The position numbers and the translations under genes were made by a program. Below are positions 39,401 through 51,227 of a DNA stretch of 64,000 bases, piece by piece. Numbering within the stretch: position 1 is the stretch's first letter; each line of letters opens with the position of its first letter. Source of the DNA: Lingula anatina (taxonomy: Eukaryota; Animalia; Brachiopoda); assembly GCA_051362555.1 (NCBI GenBank), contig CM120648.1:4708587-4772586 (forward strand). Reading direction: 5' to 3'. Below the pieces are notes generated by a model, which worked only from the letters and a program-made list of their open reading frames with translations, was not told where the DNA came from and searched no databases.

Positions 39401-42400
39401 TTGAAATATCTTTTTCTTTCACAGTGCACTATCATCTCTGTCAAGAATGACTCCGTAGACACAAAACAAATGGACCTTTATAACCAGTTCGTTAAAACAG
39501 TTCCCTGCATGATCACTATACCAGCACTTCGTGCAAAATAAAGATTTCCTTTTCCCCCCTTAAACTGTGCACACATCTTTTAAACCATGCCTACTTTATC
39601 TACAGGTGTGTGTTATGCAGAATTTGGAGTGCGCGTCCCTAAAACAACAGGCTCCGCCTACATGTACAGTTACGTCACAGTGGGAGAGTTCATCGCCTTT
39701 GTGATTGGTTGGAATCTCATATTGGAATACATGATTGGCTCAGCAGCTGGTGCGTGCGCGTTGAGCGCGTGCCTGGATGCTCTTACCAATCACACCGTTA
39801 GTACATACATGGCTGCACATTTAGCCCCTGTTATTGGTAAGAAAAATTATTTAATGTAATTAAGAATAAAAAAGTGTCAATGTCTGTACTTTGACAATGC
39901 TGCAAAGGTTCAGAACTCCACAGTACTTCGGCAGTAGAAATTTTGTGTGTATTCGAAAAGATTACCTATTTTAAATTTAAAATGAACGTATCTTTTTCCC
40001 TTTAAATCTGTCTTTCGGGTTTTCGAAAACGTGTACGGTATGTGACCGAACCCCGCCTTGCAACTACCAAAACAATATTTTGTATAAGGTCAATTTATAA
40101 AAAAATAAGAAATCAGTGCGAACAAATAATAAGATATTTTGACTATTTTAGAGAGACCGTACCCCGATTTCATCGCTTTTTTCATCGGATTTGTAATGAC
40201 TTGTGTTTTGGCCGGAGGGGTCAGTAAATCTGTAATGTTCAACAACATTCTGAACGCCATCAACATCGCCGTTTGGGTGTTTATTGTGATCTGTGGGTTA
40301 TTTTACGTCGACAGCAAGAACTGGACTCAGAACGGCTTTATGCCGTATGGATTTAAAGGGGTGAGTAGTTGTAGTCTGGTTAGTGTTTGGTATTAATGCT
40401 AATTAACACCTTCCTCTCACCGGTTCAATAAACTCTAACTGTGGGATTATCTTTTTAAGACGCTTTTCAAATCTTAAACCTGTAAGATCTATACTTTTTC
40501 AGAACATTCTAAGGTTGAATATCAAGTAATATATTTTGCCTACCATAACCTTGACTTAACATACAGAACATATGCGTTGTATACAAAATGTAGATGGTTC
40601 CCTCGTATTCTTGGACTATTTGCAAACGTTGGTTCACAAACAAAGCTTTTCATATTTCAGAGACAGATTAACAATTTCACAACATAACTCACATCTGTAT
40701 CATTATATGAAGGTATTTTGATAAATTCAAGTGTTAAGTTTTGTCATTAGGTTTTATCTGGTGCTGCCACGTGCTTTTACGCCTTCATCGGATTCGACAT
40801 CATAGCCACCACGGGGGAGGAGGCTCGAAACCCGAGCAGGAGCATCCCTATAGCCATTGTGGGGTCGCTATTCACGTGTCTCACGGCTTACGTCTCTGTC
40901 AGCGTGATCCTTACACTCATGTTGCCTTACTTCATGATCAATGGAGACTCTGCCTTGGTGGACATGTTTGTTCAGGTGAGGATGCGACAGAGGAGACACA
41001 TGTAATTGTGTTGTGATGTGCCGTTGAAACAAGCCTTGGAACGACTTGGCTCTGTAACACGGTTTACAATTGATATTCTCTATTTAAAAAATATTTTGTC
41101 TGTTTATTCGTATTTGTCGATATCAACTAAGGAATGAATTGATCAAGGAAAAATTTGTTGTTTCAATTTCCATGCTTTTACCCATAAACATCTTGCTGCG
41201 TTTGTTTCAAGTAAGCACAAAATGAACGAGATTCAAGTATGTGTAAAATGATTAACTGCTCATGGCAACTTTTTTGAAAATCCAATGCTCCTCTGAGACA
41301 GATCTCTACCTTTCGTGTTCCATTACAATGATATACTGTTTTTATACTTACTGTTCACGCCAAACGTTTTAATTCAGAACGTTCAATATGATTTCAGCGT
41401 GGTGCTCTGGATGCGGCCAAATACGTGGTGGCTTTCGGCTCTATCTGTGCTCTTACTGTCAGTCTTCTGGGCTCCATGTTCCCTATGCCTAGAGTAATAT
41501 ATGCAATGGCTCGAGACGGCCTGTTATTTGAGTAAGTTGTCAACGTTTAATGGTTTAAAACGTCGTCCGAAGCATTTGAGTTCTTTGTACACTCCCTGTT
41601 TGTTAAAAGTAGTGAACATTTTATATGAAAAGTCAAGGCGAATATAACAAAGCTTTTGATCTATTTTAAGATTTCATGCAACATTTCTGAGATTTATCAT
41701 TTTCATGATGTAATTTGGATAACCGAATATGATATTAACAAGTAAAATAATTTATATATATATATTTCAATATCAATATGCAGGTTTTTAGAAAGAATAA
41801 ACAGCAGGACCAAAACGCCACTTCTTGCCACCATAGTTTCTGGGGTGCTAGCGTCATTTATCGCCATGCTGGTTGGTTTGTCCACTCTGGTCCAGATGAT
41901 GTCCATTGGTAGGTGCACACATACGCTTTGCCAGAGACGTTTTTCCCGAAATTTGTTGCTGTTGAAATATTTAACAGCCCTGTTATTAAAGGTCTTATAT
42001 TTACCCCAATATTAGCATGTTACAAAAGATAATAATCGGATACGGAGATATTTTTGGACGGATATTTCTTCCAATTTGTCTTTGTTGATCCATCCTCCAT
42101 TTTTTTAATTGTCGAGATCTTCCGACAGAAAAAAAAATTTAACTTAAGGATAAAGTACATTTTCCCACCTTGCATTACAGGTACACTGATGGCTTATACG
42201 TTGGTCTCCATATCTATACTTATCCTGCGATATCAACCGGATACGGAAGTAGTAGTTCCCCAGCAAGTTGATGGCCCGGATCTTGAGTACACTGCGGGTA
42301 GAGACCCGGATTTTGGTGACGGGACAAGACAAAAATATAAAGACGACGAGTTCCTCCTGCCCTCCCAGGGTGATGGGAAATCTTCTTCATACGGTAGCGT

Positions 42401-43623
42401 TCCATTTGAGGATGACATGCAAAGACTCGGATGGTTCAAAAGAAATTGTAAACTTATCAAAATGCATCTTGGGATACCTGGAGATGAGGCAGAACCTAGT
42501 GACAGGAGTGCACGGATTGTTATCATAACTGTGGCTGTGATGTTTCTGGTGATGATTATGTTTTGCCTGTTGGTCGACTTTGGAGGCGAATATATTATAG
42601 ATGGCGCTGCTTGGGCTATCATTTTAGCTATTGTCTTACTTCTGGTCATAGCGGCCGGAGTGTTTACCATTTTGAGACAGCCAATGAATAGGTGGGTACG
42701 ATGTACATCATGTGGAGTATAATTTTAAAACATGATAAGTTGGTTTACAATTTATATGGCGTTATGATCTAATAGTTGGTCAAGTTCAGCAATAACTGAG
42801 AACTTGCATGCCCATACTGCAAGGAGCAGAATGCTACACTTTTAAGGAAATCAACATACCGTACATCTGGACAATTGTCCCAATATAAAGTCAATTTTAT
42901 TTGTAGTCTCATGCCCCATATGGATTGTAACGCGAACCCACTCTAAAACTACGAACCTGTTACTTTTTCAGTTTTGGTGGTTGTTTATTTTCACATGCAT
43001 AATAACGTTATAAAAGAAATACAATGCATTGTGTTTTTTCTTCACTCAGGAGAAAATTCCAGTTTATGGCACCTGCTGTTCCATACCTCCCAGCCGGCGC
43101 CATGTTCATCAACATTTATCTAATGCTCAAGTTGCCTCCTTTGACGTGGGCGAGATTGGGGGTGTGGTTACTCGTAGGTAAGGACGGGTGTTTACTGGGT
43201 ACGGTGGCTTATACACACTGTATGCACGTTTTTTTCACACTAAGAAGTGAGAAAGATGATTTAATATTATATTAATTACCCTGAGACACTCTTTTTTACA
43301 TTTATATTTTGGAATGCCCATATATGTACCCAGAATGTTATTGCTTTTGTACCTCTTTGCAAGGTTTGCTAAAGTCAAAATATTCTCTTTTAGGTTTTCT
43401 TATATATTTCCTGTACAGCATACACAACAGTAAGAAGGGAAAGAACATGCTAGAAAAGCAAAAGCTGCAGGAAATGACCGCTATTGATCACCCACAGTCG
43501 ATGACAAATGGCGCCGTAAGTCACGCAGAAGATCACGTGCATCCCAATGGCATAACGCATGCGCAGGATGAGGCGCCTAAATACATGGCGAGTAATGGTT
43601 TTAACCATCCCGGAGGTCCGTGA
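28618..43623 (+). CDS. SLC7A14: Cationic amino acid transporter, SLC7A14-like (APC superfamily), 698 aa
   Basis: Exons 28618-28921, 39606-39836, 40152-40360, 40751-40975, 41398-41531, 41784-41908, 42181-42691, 43050-43177, 43394-43623 (2097 nt, open frame). Signatures: [119 protein letters not shown] and [12 protein letters not shown] are SLC7A14-type rather than CAT1-3-type. Confidence 0.93.
33377..33414. repeat. (AG)n microsatellite
   Basis: Direct inspection. Confidence 0.97.
33507..33678. mobile_element. MITE-like element with 19-bp terminal inverted repeats
   Basis: ccggtgtgacaggaatggt ... accattcctgtgacaccgg (one mismatch); internal degenerate taacccc/aaacctaacc motifs. No clear TSD. 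Confidence 0.75.
42038..42135 (+). mobile_element. Truncated copy of the 3698/55082 MITE family in a transporter intron
   Basis: Shares tctttgttgatccatcctccattttttt and ttccgacagaaaaa with 55082-55250. Confidence 0.65.
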
Positions 43624-44816
43624 TGAAAAAAAAAAGGTGCACAAGGGTTAGGAGAAAAGAACGCTCTGTTATCGACGCTCCTTTTCTTTTGCAATTATGT
43701 TCGAGAAAAGACACGTGCTTCACTATAGAGCTTGTGACTTATCGGAATATCGTCTGGATAAAAATTCAACATTTGTTTTCTTTGGATTAAAACGCGAAAT
43801 AAAAGTGGTGTAAAGCAAGGGCATGATGTGCTTACAGCTTACCAAGTGCTGTTCTGGAAATAGGGTCTACGTTAGGACACATGATTTAAAAAGCACCAAT
43901 TGGTAGCTTTAATCCGTTTAATGTACAGTTAAAAGATTAACCTAAGGCCTAGATTAAAGCATATTTCTCTCTATAAGTCACACCGTTACCCATGTTATTG
44001 AAACCAGAATCTAGATTTTCTCTGTTCGCGGAGTAGAAGAGTTGAAATCAAAAATACAATGCAGCCACCAAAGAGCATGCTGACGATGCATTGCGAGGCC
44101 CAGCACGAGACTCCTTAACTGAATCTTAAGCCATCATCATTTACATGTACCTTGGAGCATAGTCTATTTAAACTTTCACGTGCGTTCTAGAGAATGTCAA
44201 TAAAGGTGTTGCATGAACAACAAAGTTTTTGGGCTTAACGGGTCATAAGTTCTCAAGGTGGGGCGTTCTCAAGTAAAGCACATTTGCACGGATTATAACT
44301 CAAGCGCTGACACTTTCTTAAATGGTTATATCTTTATGTGCACTGTTTTTCCCCCGGCACTGTAGCGTACAAACTATGGGGCAATGTGTACGCATTCAAG
44401 CGATTCCAAACTGAGGTTCGGTACTTATTGACTTACAAAATAATTGTGATTTATTAACATAGTACCCCATGTTTCAATGTAATGCACTTTCAAGGAGTCA
44501 ACATTTCAAACAAACATTTAATAAATGAGTATTAGTCCTAAAATCTAAGAAACTTATCAATTCTTATTAAGAAATTCAAGGGAAATACCACATGATTTGA
44601 TAAAAGAGATAAAGCATTTATATTAGGTAAATATTGAACCGATTGTACTAATGTTTGAGAAATTTGCTTTGCTTCTGTAATGCCACAAGTTCCACCTTGG
44701 AGTTCTTGAGGATTGAATTTCAGAGTTTGAATTGTATCACGCCATTTCGTATATAAAATCTGTAAAACATTCATGTAGATGTAGATTTCTATAGAAAATG
44801 TGACTGATATTTAACG

Positions 44817-47023
44817 TCAAAGTTCAGTTTTTTTGTTCATATCATTCTTTGCAGGAATTGTCTGCATTGTTTTTGGTATCTTCTTTAACCACAGTTCCAT
44901 GAAATTCGGGTAGGGATTTTGCTTCGGAGTTACAACGTCATCAATGTCCAGATATGACTTGGTGTTGGGGCTGTATTGGTCCCATCTGGGTAGTGTACTC
45001 GTAGTGACATCTGTTGTCGTGTCACCCAAATTGGGATCCCTGAAAAAATATTTATATTTCAGATTTATCACGGATTAATATTTCATTGGAATATATATTA
45101 GATTAAAAAGTACACAAAAATGGCATCAATACTTCAAATAAAGATGATTTCAGACGGCATCTAAAATGTTACATAACAAGACAGTAAATCTATCAACTAA
45201 ACAGACAAATGACAAAGTTAAAAGAACCTGTCACATTAAGACAATGATTTAAAAATGTTAAAACAATGGCTTAAAATACCGATACAATTATAAATGTGCA
45301 CAAAATGTTTGTGTCAATTTAATGCAATATTAAAAAACTATATACCAATATTGTACCGTGTAACTCACAAATCAGTCAATTCATCTTACCCAGTTTTGGC
45401 AAAATTTGTCCAGTATGTCATCACGGCATCAGCTATCTCTTGGTCATTCGCAGTCCACAATTCTGATCTATTCAATGCTTTGCCATACTTCTCGAACCCA
45501 AATAAGTACGGCAACTCCTCTCCATGCGTCGCTCCTTCCATCCAGTCAGGAAGGTCCAAAGGCATCGATGCTTCCGCCATGATTTCCATAAATGAAGTGC
45601 CGCTAAGATGGTGAGAGAATTCGTACATGTACGTGCTGCGTTGTGTATTCTGCGCTTTATTTGGAGATGTCAGCGCGTTCTTATGAGCGTTGCAGGACTG
45701 CAGAGAATGGATCGTAAAGAACATATGCGTAAACATGTCCCTTAGAGCGACGGCGTTTTTAACCCGATCGTCACTCTTAAAATAAATTTCGTTGATGGCG
45801 GTCGCGCTGTCCTTTTGATTTTTTGGATAGTAAATGTCCAGGTGATCCTCAAGCAGCATTTGTATTTTGTCTTCGGGAAGTCCGTCTGAGAGACTAATGT
45901 TCCAGGACTCTGCGAGCCCCGCCCACATCCACACCATCAAATTACTGTCTTCGGATGTTGTGCCCACCATGAAGTCAAAACTGCTAAACACTTGATCGAT
46001 TTCTGAAAACTTCCCTTTGTCCGGGTTGTCAGAAGTAAAATATTCCTTTATTCCAAACGGAACGAAATCACCATCTTCGACCGGACCAATCAGTATTTTC
46101 ATTACATGGCCAGTCATAAGAGGTCCGTATAATGCCATAGTTATGTTAGGGAAATTTTCCTCAGGCACTTCTCTCAGGCAGTCCATTAACAGTTTATGGT
46201 CCGACAGATCTGAGTTATCAGTAGTGTTGCAACCGGCAGCGAAGCCGACATCTTTGGCGAAATCTTGGGCATCTTGGGCCATGCTGTAGCCATTGGACAT
46301 GGTCATTGAGCTCTGACTGATACCTCTCTGAAACAGACCAACGTTGTGCTTGGAAACCAGCTGGAACATCACGGACGAGGCGCCAGCCGACTGGCCGAAG
46401 ATTGTAACGCGATCGGGATCTCCGCCAAACGCGCTGATGTACTTTTTCACCCATTTTAAGGCCTCGTGTTGGTCCCAGAGCCCGAAATTCCCAACACAAT
46501 GCTCGTCCATCGTTGAGAGAAATCCCAGAATGTCAACTCGATAGTTAATGGTAACGCAGACGACGTCTCCGTGTGCTGCTAGCGTGCTGCAGGGGTACAT
46601 AGATCCCTGACCGGAAGCGTAGCCACCCCCATGAAACCAAACCATCACCGCTTTGGGGGCTTTACTCGTCGAGACTGGAACGTATATATTCAAGTGTAAA
46701 CAGTCCTCGGAGATGTCTATGTTTTCAATAAACTGACTTAAGGTAGGGTTAGGCATTTGCACACACGATGGTCCTTCTTTCGTCGCATCTAAGACCCCCT
46801 CCCACGCCGCCTTTGGCACCGGTTTGCGGAAGCGAAGATCCCCCAAGGGAGCCTCTGCGTAGGGGACAGCCATGTATTTAACAACCTGTTTACCATTGCT
46901 CAGGGTCTCCGTAATTCCCTTTATCTCACCGAGTTTACTCTTAACGCGAACCTCCTGCTCGGACGCACTTGTTGGCGATATAACGATGCACAATAGAACT
47001 ATTAGACAAGCGTGAACCGCCAT
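44817..47023 (-). CDS. Type-B carboxylesterase/lipase (COesterase family), copy 1, 618 aa, signal peptide and C-terminal KTEL
   Basis: Exons 47023-45390 and 45039-44817 (phase-2 intron at NFAKTG|DPN). Signal peptide MAVHACLIVLLCIVISPTSA; SEDCLHLNIY, WFHGGGY, GNFGLWDQ, nucleophile FGQSAG, acid site GTTSED, His GATHGEEL; ends KKTEL*. Confidence 0.95.
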
Positions 47024-47328
47024 TGTTGCCTGGTTGGTGCATGTGCACCGATTACGTTGCTGGTAATGCACCATTACCCGGTATGCTATTCCACAGTTAT
47101 CTTCACCTATATTATATAGCGCTCAACGTGCCAACTGTTTACTGTCTTAAGGCCTAAGTTCAACTGACGTTTAGCTCTAACACAGCCACAGGTAGATTGT
47201 TTGTGTAAACTATAACATACAGTGCTAGTACAGGTGTAGTGCGTGAAACTCACTGTAGCTGGAGTCTTCACCGGTCGTGTTCTCAACTTGTGTTGACAAG
47301 CTGTCACGAAAAAAGCTCCAGAGAGCTG

Positions 47329-47336
47329 CTTTATAT
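47329..47336 (-). promoter_or_regulatory. Candidate TATA box of carboxylesterase copy 1
   Basis: TATAAA on the minus strand ~310 bp upstream of the ATG; the homologous tttatatca is kept upstream of copy 2 (~53832-53840). Confidence 0.4.
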
Positions 47337-47369
47337 CAGTGAGATTAAGTGAACAGAGTGTAGGCAATC

Positions 47370-48850
47370 ACAAGCCAAAGCCCATTTAAATGCTGATCTC
47401 ATATATGAACACATACGAGCCCCCTGCGCCGATAATACCGTATTGGCCTTTGTTTGACAAGCTGAATCGTGCGACCGTATGCTCAAATATGGTCCGGTTA
47501 AATAGGTCACGGGGACTAAAAATACACTTATATCAGGGATGGCAGACGATCGATTTAAATACATGTAGCTGTGATTCAGGTGTATTTGGTCTGTGTTGAT
47601 ACAATTAAGCGTTGGCTAGCTTACATAGCACCTTCAAATTACAGCTGATTTAAGTAGTTTAGGCTGACTGTTGCTTTAGTTATCTATTTGCTTTTTTATT
47701 TATAATATATTCTATATGTTTTCTTTCTTTTATTATTTTTTTTTTTGGGGGGGGGGGGGTGAATATATTTTTACACCTGTGTCAGAGCTCCACTAGATGT
47801 AGGCCTAATTCAATAACCGTGTTCTTCTGTTGCAAATTAATGTGCGTGCATGCCCCTACACACCCGCGCACGTGCACACATGCAAACACACGAATACTGG
47901 TAAAGAGGGTAATGATAGTCTGTCAGAAATAAACCCCCGCAGAGCTACCTTGATATCAATGTGACTACATGTAGTACACCAACAGTATGTGCATAGAGTA
48001 TATTCACAAGGCATAGAGTCCATTCAGATGCTTATCTCATACAGGCACACATGTACATATATGTCCCTGCCCATTACTGTATTTGCCTTAGTTTGACATG
48101 TCCAAATATGGCTAACTTGTTTGTGCATCCAAATATGGTCATCTATGTCACGGCGATTATAAAAAAATGGCAGTCGATCGATTGAATTACAAGTACCTGT
48201 GATTCACGTGTATTTGATGTGTGTTGACGCTATATTTAGCGTCTGCTCGCTTACTAAACACCTTAATAAGATTTGATTTATGTACATGTTGATTAAGTTG
48301 ATTTTTGCTTTTTCGTATGTGAGTTTATTTTATTTATCTTTTTAGAAGGGGGGGGGGGGTATTTTTTACAAACCATGCAGTGCCTCCAGTAAAATCTAAC
48401 TTCACGAAGCCCATGTTTATTCTCTTGTTAATGAATGTGTTTACATGCCCCCCACAAACCCACGCACACGCACGCATATATACACACACGCGCGCGCGAC
48501 CTTTGGTAGGCAGTGCAATGACTGTCAAGGAAAACTGCAGAGAGCTGCCGATAGCAGTGATATAAGCATTATCATATTCTGTACACAAGTATAGTTGTCA
48601 GCAATCTACAATCCATTTTAAAAAGACTGATCTCGTGGATGTACATATATGGACACATTCAAGTCCCTACCGCGATAATACCGTATATGGTTTTGTCTGA
48701 CGTGTTGTTTGTATATCCAAATAAGTAGATCACTGTGGCAAAAAATACCCAAAATATCAGCTGTGATCGATGCAAATCCTTGTACGTTTGATTCAGGTGT
48801 ATTTGCTTTGTGTTGAACAGTGGCGTTCGCCCGCTTACTAAACACCTTTC
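47370..48850. repeat. Three diverged copies of a ~250-bp module upstream of carboxylesterase 1
   Basis: Motifs gataataccgtat, caaatatggt, gatcgat, gtgattcaggtgtatttg..tgtgttga and gcttactaaacacctt recur at ~47380-47635, ~48060-48265 and ~48620-48850; related sequence at ~54485-54660. Confidence 0.7.
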
Positions 48851-49031
48851 GATTTTGTGTTGGCTCCTGGTTTATTCATTTATTTGTTTATTTTATTTAA
48901 CTGTTCGTTTATTTCTATACATGCATGCACGTAGTCGGTGAAATGTGACACTGGTGCACTGATATATTTTTCTGTGACGGTGCACCTCATACTTAATACC
49001 TTCCACTCCACTGATTTATCTGTAAATATAT

Positions 49032-49090
49032 CAGGGGCGGATCCAGGATTATTTGAAGGGGGGGAGGTCTGCAGATGCGAAGTCTCCACC
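49032..49090 (+). mobile_element. Truncated left end of a CAGGGGCGGATCCAG MITE
   Basis: caggggcggatccaggattatttgaagggggg...gatgcgaag matches the start of 50752-51031. Confidence 0.7.
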
Positions 49091-49097
49091 GGTCTGA

Positions 49098-49710
49098 CTT
49101 TACCTCGCTGGGGAGGTTATGACTTTAGTGCGGTTTGTTTGTTTATTACATTTGTCTGTTAGGAAAATTAAGGAAAAACTGTATTAGGGAAGTTTTGATG
49201 ATGTTTTCAGTAAATATCGGAAGGGGACATAGTAGCAAACGATTAGATTTGGGAGATGATAACTTGATTGATTGATTGATTGATTCATTCATTCATTGAT
49301 TCATTCCTTCGTTAGTTGATTAATTATAATAATTTTACCCATTAATAAAGTCTGTATGCCTGTCTGCAACATTGTATTCTAAGTTCAGGAGGGATTTTGA
49401 TGATATTTTCAGAATAGGTTATAGAGTTAAGTGTCGATTAATTTATTAATGAAGTGTAATAATTCATTTAATGCCACATTATAACCATCAGTGAATTTTG
49501 ATAATTGAGTTACCAGTAGTTAATTTATTGATTCATTCCTTGATTAATGAATTATGAATGACAATTCAGCTCATTTTTTGTTTGTTTATTTGGTTGTTTA
49601 TCTGTTGGTTCATCACCAGCTTAACTCAAAAAGGTATGAGTGTGTTTTAATGAAAATTTCAGGATAGGTCAAAAATGGTGTAAATTTAAATTGTCTAGAT
49701 TTTGATATTT
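49098..49710 (+). mobile_element. Degenerate Helentron/DINE-like element with internal subrepeats and a (TTGA/TTCA)n tract
   Basis: Starts tttacctcgctggggaggttatg...gtttgtttgttt...ttttgatgatgttttcag; the ttttgatga..tttcag subrepeat recurs at ~49395 and ~49645; related to 2133-2290. Confidence 0.5.
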
Positions 49711-50751
49711 ATCCACTAATTAATCAACTAATGCTTGGTAATAAGTTAATTATTTGTCTATGAGTGCTACTGTTTTTTTCTCTTCTTCTTGTATGCGTGA
49801 TTTTTTTGTATGAGTGGGGTGCGGGGGCGGTTTGTGCGGTGTTTGCAATATCGTAGAGTTCTGCTCTTGTGACCTCTAGGTGTGGTTCTGGCCAAGCATG
49901 CTGGAATGTCATGGGGGGTGCAGTTCGATGGAGTTCTAAAACGATTCATGTATGCTCTTTTTCCATTGAAGCTATATTGATTTCTCATTCTACGTCCCAA
50001 GCAGGTTTGAGGTATTTCATAGAAATAAAATGCTTACGTGATACCTATCTAGCAGATTTTAATAATAATATATAGCACATGCTTTTAAGACGTTTTTTTT
50101 TCAGTAGATGTTAAATTAAACTTGCTACTATATAAAACCACCGGTATAAAACTATCGTATTTTCAATCTCAACGACGGGTTTCAAATTAAATCCTTTATT
50201 TATAATAAAGTATCCGGTTAATAATAATCAACAATATAGTTGCACGTAGTTGAAGTAATCACAGAAATCAGGCTGGCAAAAAAAGCGACAATAGTAATAT
50301 TATAGTGATAATACAGTAACAGTCATATGGTAACATCGAGTAATGGCAGAGAATCTTAATATATACCCTCAGTTTTTTGTTTCTAGTAATAACTAGAGTA
50401 TGGAAATATTGTGAACACTTCCAGAGGTTACCGTGATCTAATGAATTCTACAAATTTTATTATTTACCGTATTTTACCAAATTCGAGAATGAATATGAGA
50501 GCTCTTTTGGTTATCACTTAAAACTTAGTTCATGTATAAAGTCCACAATTATAAATCACTCAGTAAACATCAGACGGAGAAGTAAAGCATACAGTTCGTA
50601 GTTAAAACATTTAAGAAATTATAGTGAAATTCGAATACCACACCTTATTCCCTACACAGTTGTACATGTATTCCACTGTGGTGCATTAAGAAAAATTGCT
50701 CACTGCTGTGTAAAATAAGCAACATATTCCTACATTTTTTTCGTTTATATT

Positions 50752-51031
50752 CAGGGGCGGATCCAGAATTATTTGAAGGGGGGTCTGGAACGACAGTCCT
50801 CGGATGCGAAGCAAACCATCGCCCCCTTGGTGTGGGGTTCTGGCCTGCTCAAGGGCTCCGAAATATTTTTGGCGTTTTGGAGAGCAAACTGCCCTTTGGT
50901 ACGGTTTAGAACTATGCTTTAGCTAGTCAAAATTCTAATTTCAAAAGGGGAATCTTGGTGTGATACATTTTCAGAAACCGAAGGGGGGGGGGATCAGGAA
51001 ACCGCTTGACCCCCCTCTAAATCCGCCACTG
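50752..51031. mobile_element. Complete MITE with CAGGGGCGGAT/ATCCGCCACTG termini (hAT-like), apparent 6-bp TSD
   Basis: caggggcggatccaga ... tctaaatccgccactg, with tatatt on both flanks. Confidence 0.82.
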
Positions 51032-51227
51032 TATATTTATGTATCAATTTGCAGCAGGTAGAGTTTAACTTTTATTTCGTCATGAATGCAGATAATAGCA
51101 CTTCAAGCCCCAAATACAAATTAAATACTAAATTTTACTTAGAGGATACTTAGAGGCTAAGTGAAACGCTGAAGGGATCATAAAGCATACACAATTACGC
51201 ATCTGTGTAGCAGGTACATGTATACCT

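Noticed and set aside
42233-42670. 145-aa minus-strand ORF and other ORFs overlapping the transporter, esterase and HES exons
   Set aside because: Antisense or alternate-frame shadows of real coding exons.
47024-47074. Upstream in-frame starts given by the ORF track for the esterases (47074, 53622)
   Set aside because: The ATGs at 47023 and 53565 share the context gcaacaATG and directly precede signal peptides; the extensions are not conserved, and 53622 is not an ATG.
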